Shown: piece by piece, positions 8,516 through 16,446 of the stretch | Layout of the letters: each line of letters opens with the position of its first letter | Numbering within the stretch: the first letter of the stretch is position 1 | Assembly: GCA_040754655.1 (NCBI GenBank) | Contig: JBFMCE010000034.1 | Span: 1 to 38,138 of the forward strand | From: Bdellovibrionota bacterium | GTDB taxonomy: Bacteria > Bdellovibrionota > UBA1018 > UBA923 | Length of the DNA: 38,138 bases | Reading direction: 5' to 3' | The notes under the pieces: model-generated | Database searches by the model: none | Told to the model about the DNA's origin: nothing | The model's input: only the letters and a program-made list of their open reading frames with translations | Program-made: the position numbers and the translations under genes

Positions 8516-9697
8516 ATGGCTTTACCCATTTCAAATGCAATGAGGAGCTTAGAATTACCTTCGACTTTTTACTTTGAATCTGGCCGCAAAACGAATCAAG
8601 AAAAACTCTTGTCCGACAGCCTTAAGAACGCCTCAAAGACCCTGTCTGAGGTTCAATCTGGCCTGTACCGATGGTTTGGCATCGGTGAAACCCTCATCGG
8701 AGGCGGAAGCTCAAGGGCCATACTCGATCACCTCTACTTTGAATCACCCTTGAAGATGCGAGACTTCGATATCTTTGCCGTGGCTAATCGCCAGGTCGAC
8801 ACGATTTTAGCTGAAGCGATAGGAAGAACACTGGAATCTGAGACCTTGGGAGAGTTCTCGGCAAAGGATCTTAGACCCCGCCCAAGAGTGAATCCCCAGC
8901 TTCCCGAAGACGACGGCAAAAACTACATTGCCGGATACGGCTTTTTTTGGAAGCAAAAGGCCACGGAAGTAGATCTCTCCCTATTTCACTCTTGGTCTGA
9001 CTTAGAGCTCAATGGGATCCTGGATGTCGACACGATCATGATCCGCGTCCCAGCGCATTCAAGTTTGAGCGAGGTCGCCGCCGCGATCCTGGAAAGTCCT
9101 TCGTATGGCGCCGCCAAGCAAAAAGGCCTGATCTACGATCGATTTGATGGATACTCAAGTTGGTGCCTAAAAAAACCGCAAGTTGTGCACTGGGAAGAAC
9201 TCTCTAGAGATCCGGTCCAGGCATCGATTCGAATCGTAAGAGCGCATGTGAAGATGGGGGTCTATTCTCTTCAAAATTCACTTATTCAACGGCTCGTTTC
9301 GAACATTCATCAGGAAAAAAGACTAAACCGCCTGCAGGTCGTCCGCAATTTCTTGAAAGTGCTCGGCGACCCTACGGCCGCCATTGAGCTGAAAATACTT
9401 GAACAACTCGGAGTATTCGACGTTTGGGCGCCATTCCTCGGAGCCGTGATCAATCGTTTCTCCGAGGTTGAGCTGAATCACGTGTTTTCGGAATGCTCGC
9501 CGATCAATCCTAGAACCGCCTTGAATAGATTTTTTTCGCTGCTACGGCTCATCGGTCCGCTGCAACAAGAAGCACTACTGACCGACCTCTCTTTAGCAGA
9601 ACCCGTTTTGGCGCTTCAAATGAAATCAAACCTTGCCGATTTGCAGCAAGTTCCGAAAAACAGGGAAGTCGGTGCCCTTGAGGAACTCGTAGTGTAA
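8516..9697 (+). CDS. Divergent class II (CCA-adding/poly(A) polymerase-like) nucleotidyltransferase
   Basis: LIGGGSSRAILD...RDFDIF resembles motif A with DxD; EVDL; IYDRFDG; SRDPVQASIRIVR at the EDxxR position; RNFLKVL...LEQLGVF..WAP resembles the body domain. Purine-rich SD GGGAAAGGGG. Confidence 0.65.
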   Translation: MALPISNAMRSLELPSTFYFESGRKTNQEKLLSDSLKNASKTLSEVQSGLYRWFGIGETLIGGGSSRAILDHLYFESPLKMRDFDIFAVANRQVDTILAEAIGRTLESETLGEFSAKDLRPRPRVNPQLPEDDGKNYIAGYGFFWKQKATEVDLSLFHSWSDLELNGILDVDTIMIRVPAHSSLSEVAAAILESPSYGAAKQKGLIYDRFDGYSSWCLKKPQVVHWEELSRDPVQASIRIVRAHVKMGVYSLQNSLIQRLVSNIHQEKRLNRLQVVRNFLKVLGDPTAAIELKILEQLGVFDVWAPFLGAVINRFSEVELNHVFSECSPINPRTALNRFFSLLRLIGPLQQEALLTDLSLAEPVLALQMKSNLADLQQVPKNREVGALEELVV

Positions 9698-11893
9698 ATG
9701 CGCCCAAACCTCTTTTTCCGATCGATCAAGGGAGTCAAACTCATCGATCGTATTGAGGATGTATCGCGAGTAAGGGGCCATAGGATGGGTCCATTCGACA
9801 AGAAAGAGGGCCTTCATGAACCTTTCCTGCTCGGCGCGGCCCTGAATCTTCCACAAGGAACACGCTTCCTCTTCAAGGGGAGTTATGATCTTCAGCACTT
9901 CTTTCAAGAGATCCTTTTCCATCTTCCCCGGGCCGCGCAAACTGAGCAGCGCCATTCGAAGAGAACGCGTCTCATCCAACCTAGCGGCATTGAAAGCCTC
10001 TATTAAAGCAGAAAAGTTGAGCCGCTTCTGCTCAGAATCAACTGCCCGCAGGAAGTGGCCACGAAACCTCGAACAGTCGGGATCAGAGATCGCATCAATG
10101 AGTATTTCGATCAATCTCGGGTCAGGGAGACGAAGAATCGATACCAAGTTTTCCCTGTGCGTCCTATGCTCGTCGCCTAAAAGCAGGAATTGAAGCTTCA
10201 GCCGCGAAGCAGATGAAAGACCTCGATCTATCGCCGAATCCACGGCCCGTTCAGCATAAAGCGCCTGACTCGCCAACCGGCTCACTCCTAAACTTGTTGA
10301 TTCTTGGAAATGCCTGAACGCCGCCCTGAACTCGGACAATCCCATCAAAGAACAGGCCAACAATCCGGTATGCACATCGTCTTGGACCTGAGAAGTGAGC
10401 AATTTCTTGTGGCTCAGAGAAACTTCTTCTAGTTGAGATTGCTGCTTCGAACTTACATAAGACTGAGTCAAAGCGATCGCGCGAAAGAAGGGGCGTTCTT
10501 CTTGCGCAATCGCCTGATTCAAACTACCGGCGATTGGCCTTGCCCGCTCCTCGTCAGGAACTAAGAAGGGGGCGATAGGCTCAGATTCCGTGGCTTCATG
10601 ACTTTCCCTTCGATCCGTGTTGGGATCACGGATGAATCCCAAAAAATCTATCCGCCTGGTTTCAACCCTAAGCCGTGAGTCCAAATCGCTTTTTCTGAGC
10701 GAACTGAAGTTCTCCCATAATGTCTTCACGTAATGGCCGTCGAGGTTGGTGAGCAGAAAAAAGATCATTATGCTAATGCAGATCAGAAGAATCGTAAGCT
10801 CTTGAATGCCCGAAATCCTTTCGACAAAACCGAATAAACCGCTGAGCGCCATGATGAGGCTCGAGGTGAGGATCGTGATCAAGAAATACACTTTTTCCCG
10901 TTGTTTCTTCGGAATCGAGAATAAACATTGTCTCGTCATTGGCGCATTTATCGCCTTATTGATCATTGAAAAATAAACATACTGGAAAATCAAAAACCAA
11001 TAAGGAGAGAACACCAGCGCGAACAGACCCAACGCTATCAACCCCAATGGCATCACCGCGAACAAGAACGCCGGAGACCTGTCGTTGACGATTCTTCTCC
11101 CGATGAAACGTTGAAATAAATAAGTCGTCCCAATAAGCAAAAAATTCATCCTACTCAAAAACTGACTGACATCGCTGAGGCCGGTGGCGAGGTGATCGGT
11201 CGCTTGATAGTAAAGCGATTGAGTAATAAATTTGATCGCTTGATTCCAGATCATCAAGATCAAAGAGGCTTGAACCAGCGGATGAGATACGACGTACATC
11301 CAAGCAGTCTTGAAAGTGGCGTTGTTCTTCTCGTTTTTTTGCGCAGGTTTCGCCTTCTGGTCAGTCCCACGATTTTTCGCCGAATATTTGACGATGAGGT
11401 GAAAGAAGATGATGTGCATCCCCAGCAGCAGCCAAAGCATGAAATGATACAAGTCGGGTCTCATGAACCAACTCGTCGCCTCGATCAACAAACCTCCCAA
11501 GAGGCGGCCGAAAAGGTCGGCAGGAATCAATTGCTGGTCTAACTGCCTCAAAACGTGAGGGCTGAACATGCTCGAAAGGATGCTGTTATTGACTATATTG
11601 CCCAACAGGTCAGAGGTCAGCACCAAGACCCCAAGCGAATAAATCAAGAAAGGATTCGACGGCTTGAGGAAGACCGCGACCGACATGAAGAGGGCGGCAA
11701 AAAGAACGATGAGATAGGTCAGGTAGGTATCGCGCTTACGAATCCATAGAAAACTGAAAAAAATAGCCAGAGAGAAAACCTGAACCCAAAAATAAAGTTG
11801 CGGCCAACCACGGCTTCCCACCGAAGAGATGAAAAGGCTGCTGACGATGATCGTAGCAGTGCTGGCATAAGCATTCCTCACCAAAGCATTCAA
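9626..11893 (-). CDS. Npt1/Npt2 (TLC ATP/ADP translocase-like) MFS membrane domain fused to a helical HEAT-like region; start uncertain (TTG 11893 or CTG 11929)
   Basis: About 11-12 hydrophobic segments in the first ~385 aa. Family-like segments FQRFIGRRIV, KAINAPMTRQCLFSIPKKQREK and HYVKTL. Soluble helical C-terminal half. Confidence 0.6.
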   Translation of the reverse strand: MNALVRNAYASTATIIVSSLFISSVGSRGWPQLYFWVQVFSLAIFFSFLWIRKRDTYLTYLIVLFAALFMSVAVFLKPSNPFLIYSLGVLVLTSDLLGNIVNNSILSSMFSPHVLRQLDQQLIPADLFGRLLGGLLIEATSWFMRPDLYHFMLWLLLGMHIIFFHLIVKYSAKNRGTDQKAKPAQKNEKNNATFKTAWMYVVSHPLVQASLILMIWNQAIKFITQSLYYQATDHLATGLSDVSQFLSRMNFLLIGTTYLFQRFIGRRIVNDRSPAFLFAVMPLGLIALGLFALVFSPYWFLIFQYVYFSMINKAINAPMTRQCLFSIPKKQREKVYFLITILTSSLIMALSGLFGFVERISGIQELTILLICISIMIFFLLTNLDGHYVKTLWENFSSLRKSDLDSRLRVETRRIDFLGFIRDPNTDRRESHEATESEPIAPFLVPDEERARPIAGSLNQAIAQEERPFFRAIALTQSYVSSKQQSQLEEVSLSHKKLLTSQVQDDVHTGLLACSLMGLSEFRAAFRHFQESTSLGVSRLASQALYAERAVDSAIDRGLSSASRLKLQFLLLGDEHRTHRENLVSILRLPDPRLIEILIDAISDPDCSRFRGHFLRAVDSEQKRLNFSALIEAFNAARLDETRSLRMALLSLRGPGKMEKDLLKEVLKIITPLEEEACSLWKIQGRAEQERFMKALFLVEWTHPMAPYSRYILNTIDEFDSLDRSEKEVWAHLHYEFLKGTDFPVFRNLLQIGKV

Positions 11894-11929
11894 GAGGATG
11901 ACTGATTTGAGGTTGTTGTTCGAGAACAG

Positions 11930-13111
11930 CTACTCTACCCTCTCTTTCTCAGGACCTTCGCTTAGACGGCTTTTTTCCTTGGCGAGCAAGCGCCTGATCT
12001 CAGATTCGTCGCCCCAAAGATTGCCTAAGTAACGGCCTTTCTGAAGCCTTTCGGCCAAAGCATTGAGAAGCCGTATGACAAGCCCCACCTCGTTCTTGCT
12101 TTTGTACTCGATTCGATGGGCGAAATTTCCGATGCTAAGCTGGTGAACACCCTCGGCCATCAACCTAAATGGTTTTGCCAGGCGATTGGCGATCAATATC
12201 GAGGCGATGAGGCCGGCTACTAGTCCCAATGAGAGGACCACGAATATGTACTTCATGAAACCCCAATACATCATGTTTACGACTGAAGCGCTCACACCCA
12301 ACGTCACGACAGACATCGGAACTTGGCCAACTTGCTTTTTGATCAAAAAATAATCGCCTCGAACCGTCGAAGTCCACTTTCCCGACGAAGATTCCTTGGT
12401 CACGAAAAAAGCACGCAGTTGGGGATTAATCTCACGGTTGCTGATGTTATTCGACGAAATCACGTGGCCATCGGCATCCGAAATGACGATGAAATTGTTG
12501 GTCGATAAAATCAGTCCATTCAAGAACTTATCGAAACTATGAACGCTTGGAAAGATGCCTCCGCTGAGCACGCCGGTCACGGCAGGTTTCGATCCATGCG
12601 CGGAAAACACAGGAACGACAAAAGTATAATAATGGGTGTTTATCCGGGTGAACAAAGTCGAACTAAACTCGGGCTTGCCGCCGGCAAACACTCTTTGAGC
12701 CATCAGCCTGAAGTTGCTGTCTGGGCGCTGGTTGAAGTTTTTGTCAGAGTGGTATACCGGAAATCCTTCGCGCTGTTCCGCGATCAACAGGTCGCCGTTT
12801 CTACCATAAAAATGAATGGTCCCATATACGGTCTCAAGCGCCAGGAAATCTCGGATGATTTTTACCGCCGTTTTTCGATCATAAGGGGAAATCCCGTGAA
12901 GCCGCGCCAGCTTCTCAAGGTGGCTGAGTTGCACCCTGTAAGCCTCGCCTATATTATCCACGATATAATCCAGGGCTTTCTCATTGTTGCTTATAACGAT
13001 CTGGGTTACCGCGTTCTTCAAATAGACGTAAGCAATAAGACAAACAGCCGCGGCAAAGGTCAGCACCAATACGAAGAACTGGGAGAAAATCACGCTTCGA
13101 ATAGATCGCAC
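11930..13111 (-). CDS. Membrane sensor: TM-dCache-TM-HAMP with no output domain
   Basis: Two TMs flank a Cache-like region (YYTFVVPVF, GVLSGGI, VISDADGHVI). HAMP: RLAKPFRLMAEGVHQLSIGNF...NEVGLV. Only ~40 aa follow the HAMP. Confidence 0.82.
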   Translation of the reverse strand: MRSIRSVIFSQFFVLVLTFAAAVCLIAYVYLKNAVTQIVISNNEKALDYIVDNIGEAYRVQLSHLEKLARLHGISPYDRKTAVKIIRDFLALETVYGTIHFYGRNGDLLIAEQREGFPVYHSDKNFNQRPDSNFRLMAQRVFAGGKPEFSSTLFTRINTHYYTFVVPVFSAHGSKPAVTGVLSGGIFPSVHSFDKFLNGLILSTNNFIVISDADGHVISSNNISNREINPQLRAFFVTKESSSGKWTSTVRGDYFLIKKQVGQVPMSVVTLGVSASVVNMMYWGFMKYIFVVLSLGLVAGLIASILIANRLAKPFRLMAEGVHQLSIGNFAHRIEYKSKNEVGLVIRLLNALAERLQKGRYLGNLWGDESEIRRLLAKEKSRLSEGPEKERVE

Positions 13112-13256
13112 TCAATTTTCTTACTTGATTTTGCGCAATGCGAAAAGAGAGTATTTTTTAATCCTCAAGAAAGTGTCCGGTTGCGGTCTTTTATGGGGAC
13201 ATCACCTTGAAATTTCGCATGCTATTCCTGTTTTGGGGTCAAAAAGCCCCATCCGA

Positions 13257-14603
13257 TCAGGTCTTTGTCGGAGTCGAGCTTGCAAACTTCTGCTTGCTTT
13301 GCGGAAATGCCAGGCTTGCTTCGTCAACGAGCTCTTGAATCGAGTTTGCGGGTCGATTCATTTGACGCGAACCTTGGATCGCGAGCTCATAAACTTTTTC
13401 AGTTTTTACTCCCTGTTTCAACAGCTCAAGGCAGCGTTGCACCACGTGCTCGATAGAGGCCGTCTTTTCAATCCCCTCGAGCTCAGCTATCAAAATCTCG
13501 CTCGAATGCCTCACCTCGTCGCTGGCGCGAGACAGATATTCATTCGCAGGTTGCATCATTCCCGCCTTGAAAAGCGTAATGATGATCTCTTTCAATATCG
13601 AAACCTTGTTTTTCGACACCGTCGAAGCCTTTTGAAACGCCGCAAGAGCATTCGATTCATTGCTCTGCCTTAAGAAATACTTCCCGCAGATCACAAGCCC
13701 GGCCGAAATATAGGTAAGAATGGTGTCATCCGGCGCGTCGAGCTCTGTGAAGATTTGATAGTAGTTCATGATGTCTTCATACTCGCCGTTTACAACCGAG
13801 AGCCAAACGAAATCGGGAATCCGCGATGGATTGACCGGATGATTTTGGTTCAGCGTCGAGCAAATGCCATAGGCTTTCTTGTATTCTTCGATCTCCATCA
13901 TGACTTCAAACAACCCGCAGAGGCATTTATAGTGGATAGGATTACGCTTCAGCCCCTCTTCGAGGAGACGTTGCTGTTCCTTTGGCTTGCCTAGGGCCTT
14001 GCAAACTAAACTCTGATAGTACAGTGCGGAACTGGATTGCGGATCCTGCGGGTTCACCTGCTGAAACGATTTCAAAGATTCATCGTATTTTTTGGCAGCC
14101 AACAGCGCCTTGCCCGCCTCGATCAAGACTTGGGCCTTTGACGGAGCTACTTTTGACGACATCACCTCGAGAAACTTCTTCTCGAGCGATGCATGGGTAA
14201 AAGGGCGCACTACCATGGCATCGACTTCTTGTTCAGCGACTTGGCTCGCAAGCGCATCCGAGTTTCGCTCGGAGATCAAAATAAACACGGTGTCGAGCCG
14301 GCTCGGGTAGATCTCTTTCACCATCTGGAAAAAATCTAGGCCCGTCTGTTTGCCTCCTAATTCATAGTCGCAGAAAATCACCTGAGGCTGTTTGGTCTTC
14401 AGTTTTTCTTGAGCCTCCTGGTAATTGTCAGCAGCATCGATGTTGCCGGGTTTGACTTGAAAAACCCCTAAAATTTTGCGAACGGTCGCTCTGCTTGCAC
14501 TGGAATAGTCAAAAACCAAAGCTTTTTTGTCAGCCAGGTATTCGCGCAGCTTCTCAGGTTGGATCGTCTGTGAACTGTCTTCGGGTTTGCTTGATGCGTC
14601 CAT
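13257..14603 (-). CDS. Atypical receiver domain + TPR protein
   Basis: REC fold: ALVFDY, IFCDYEL, ILISE, VVRPF. TPR-like helices follow (ALYYQSLVCKALGK, GLKRNPIH). Confidence 0.85.
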   Translation of the reverse strand: MDASSKPEDSSQTIQPEKLREYLADKKALVFDYSSASRATVRKILGVFQVKPGNIDAADNYQEAQEKLKTKQPQVIFCDYELGGKQTGLDFFQMVKEIYPSRLDTVFILISERNSDALASQVAEQEVDAMVVRPFTHASLEKKFLEVMSSKVAPSKAQVLIEAGKALLAAKKYDESLKSFQQVNPQDPQSSSALYYQSLVCKALGKPKEQQRLLEEGLKRNPIHYKCLCGLFEVMMEIEEYKKAYGICSTLNQNHPVNPSRIPDFVWLSVVNGEYEDIMNYYQIFTELDAPDDTILTYISAGLVICGKYFLRQSNESNALAAFQKASTVSKNKVSILKEIIITLFKAGMMQPANEYLSRASDEVRHSSEILIAELEGIEKTASIEHVVQRCLELLKQGVKTEKVYELAIQGSRQMNRPANSIQELVDEASLAFPQSKQKFASSTPTKT

Positions 14604-14612
14604 TTTTGTTTG

Positions 14613-15044
14613 TTACTCTTGAATCGCTTTAATGATCTTGTCGACCCTGGCCTGACGGTTTTGAAAACAGCTTATAAAATCCTTCCACTCCCATTCGTCA
14701 AACTGATAAAACTCGACATCGATGCGTTGGTTGCGATCGCCGTCTGGAGTTACCGACTTCGTTTTTCCGGTAATAGAGAACATTCCCGGCACCTTCTTGC
14801 CATGGGGTGCGAACGGAAGTCGCACTCCGGCCTTGGCAGGGAATATGAACAACTCTAACATGTGCCCCTCACTGCAAACGCTCTTGGGCGCTTTCAGGAC
14901 CAGTCCACGATCGGAAATTTCTATAATTCGGATTCTCGCAGAATCAAGAAGATCGGTTTTTGTCGTCGTATTTGATAGGAGCACGGAATATTCAAAATTT
15001 TTAAAGTCTGACGCCTTTAACAGTGGCTTCGGGGGAACCGTCAT
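14613..15044 (-). CDS. PilZ-like beta-barrel protein (degenerate)
   Basis: IIEISDRGL resembles D/NxSxxG; FSITGK...IDVEF; no RxxxR. SD AAGGAG. Ends 9 bp upstream of the REC-TPR gene. Confidence 0.6.
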   Translation of the reverse strand: MTVPPKPLLKASDFKNFEYSVLLSNTTTKTDLLDSARIRIIEISDRGLVLKAPKSVCSEGHMLELFIFPAKAGVRLPFAPHGKKVPGMFSITGKTKSVTPDGDRNQRIDVEFYQFDEWEWKDFISCFQNRQARVDKIIKAIQE

Positions 15045-15281
15045 TGACTCTCCTTGTCATTTAGGCTCGTAAAATTTGCCGCCTCTGCTTTCAGTTTAGT
15101 GAAAGCTCTGCAGACAGCGATAACAAATTAGCATAACTTTCTTTTACGCTTTGTAACACAAACAAAACACCGCTACCAACAACCGCACCGCGCTAATAGA
15201 CCTTTTCATTATAACAATACGGCCAATCAATTGCGAATGCGAAGTGCTTTTGTCACAAGACGAGGCGCTCGACGACGGGCC

Positions 15282-15314
15282 GACTAAGACGTACCTCCGG
15301 TACGTCGCAGGAGC
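15282..15314. repeat. Stem-loop motif copy 1 (GACYAA-stem-loop-GCRGGAGC)
   Basis: GACTAA GACGTACC tcc GGTACGTC GCAGGAGC. Confidence 0.6.
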
Positions 15315-15321
15315 TCTATAA

Positions 15322-15450
15322 TAATTGCGACGTTATTTTTCGATCAGACAAGGAAGGCGGGCGATGCTCGACCAAAGCGACCACAAAAGGTCGCTGCGGG
15401 AGCAGCTGAATAAGCCTGACGCCGTATGATCGAAAAATAACGAGCAATTA
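15322..15450. repeat. Long imperfect hairpin (REP/MITE-like or structured RNA) abutting the rpsI stop
   Basis: Perfect 16-bp inverted repeat CGTTATTTTTCGATCA (15331-15346) / TGATCGAAAAATAACG (15427-15442). Outer stem TAATTGC/GCAATTA; inner stems AGGC/GCCT, TGCTC/GAGCA and AGCGACC/GGTCGCT. Confidence 0.7.
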
Positions 15451-15840
15451 ACGTTTGGAGAATTGGAAGCGTTTGCGTGCGCCTGCCTGCCCATACTTCT
15501 TACGCTCAACTTCGCGTGGGTCGCGAGTCAAGAAGCCTGCCTTCTTAAGAGCAGGGCGTAATGCCGGATCAATTTCAAGTAAAGCACGAGAAATTCCGTG
15601 ACGGGTCGCATCGGCCTGGGCAGCAGGGCCGCTGCCATAAACATTCACATTGATATTCCAACGACCAGTGTTACCCGTGAGTTCTAGAGGTTGCATCACA
15701 ACCATGCGCGACGTGGGTCTTCCGAAGTAATCTTCGAACCCTCGCTCATTTACAGTGATGAGGCCTTCACCTCGAGCCATGTAAACCCGAGCTACCGCTG
15801 TTTTTCGCTTTCCGACTGCATGAAAAACTTTTTCTGCCAT
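15448..15840 (-). CDS. rpsI: 30S ribosomal protein S9
   Basis: GKRKTAVARV, LTRDPREVERKKYG and RKRFQFSKR motifs; SD GAGGAG. Confidence 0.99.
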   Translation of the reverse strand: MAEKVFHAVGKRKTAVARVYMARGEGLITVNERGFEDYFGRPTSRMVVMQPLELTGNTGRWNINVNVYGSGPAAQADATRHGISRALLEIDPALRPALKKAGFLTRDPREVERKKYGQAGARKRFQFSKR

Positions 15841-15879
15841 GGAACGTTTCCTTACTCCTCTAGAGGCCTATTACTTTTG

Positions 15880-16365
15880 TTATTTCTTTCCAGTTTTGGT
15901 CTTTTTGCCGGTGGGACGAGCCACTGTCCGCTTAGGTTCAGCCCAAACTTGAGGCTTCTGCGCTGCATGTGGGTGTTCGGTTCCAGCATAAACTTTCAGT
16001 TTTGTGAGTTGAGCGCGTCCGAGTTTTGTCTTGTTCAACATTCCCCAAACTGCGCGGCTAAGAATTTCGTCAGGATGTTTATCTAACATCTCTTGAGCAG
16101 TCTTGGTCTTCAAACCACTGACGTAACCCGAATGGTCGTGATAGGTTTTGTCGGACCACTTTTTACCCGTAAGAGCAATCTTCTCTGCATTCACTACCAC
16201 CACAAAATCACCAGTATCGACATGTGGGGTATATGTCGGTTTGTGTTTACCCGTAAGGACACGTGCAATCGTCGACGCAAGCCGTCCGACTACCTGATCC
16301 TTCGCATCAAAGATGTACCAAGCCTTCTTGTTCTGATCGATATTCTTCTCAAAATACGTTGACAT
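15880..16365 (-). CDS. rplM: 50S ribosomal protein L13
   Basis: WYIFDAKDQVVGRLA, GKHKPTYTPHVDTGDFVVVVNA and HPHAAQKP motifs. Start at ATG 16365 (MSTY). Confidence 0.98.
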   Translation of the reverse strand: MSTYFEKNIDQNKKAWYIFDAKDQVVGRLASTIARVLTGKHKPTYTPHVDTGDFVVVVNAEKIALTGKKWSDKTYHDHSGYVSGLKTKTAQEMLDKHPDEILSRAVWGMLNKTKLGRAQLTKLKVYAGTEHPHAAQKPQVWAEPKRTVARPTGKKTKTGKK

Positions 16366-16374
16366 AGACGGGTT

Positions 16375-16403
16375 GGAATACCGGACCCTGGGATTGAAGT
16401 CAA
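16375..16403 (-). promoter_or_regulatory. Sigma70-type promoter of rplM-rpsI
   Basis: TTGACT-17 bp-TATTCC, ending 9 nt before the ATG. Confidence 0.55.
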
Positions 16404-16446
16404 CGTCTTTTTGAACTAGGATTAGTGGATTGAATCGAGGCAAGAA

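Noticed and set aside
8516..9697. CBASS CD-NTase or MNT/HEPN antitoxin call
   Set aside because: The motif layout fits the CCA/poly(A) polymerase class better, and no Cap effector or HEPN partner is adjacent.
9698..10006. ORF starting immediately after the NTase stop (TAA ATG)
   Set aside because: Entirely antisense to the transporter-HEAT gene, with no recognisable motif.
12539..13673. 223-aa and 182-aa plus-strand ORFs
   Set aside because: Antisense to the Cache-HAMP and REC-TPR genes; no motifs.
15240..15450. tRNA, 6S RNA or CRISPR array
   Set aside because: No cloverleaf or T-loop, shorter than a typical 6S with no clear central bubble, no regularly spaced repeats and no cas genes.
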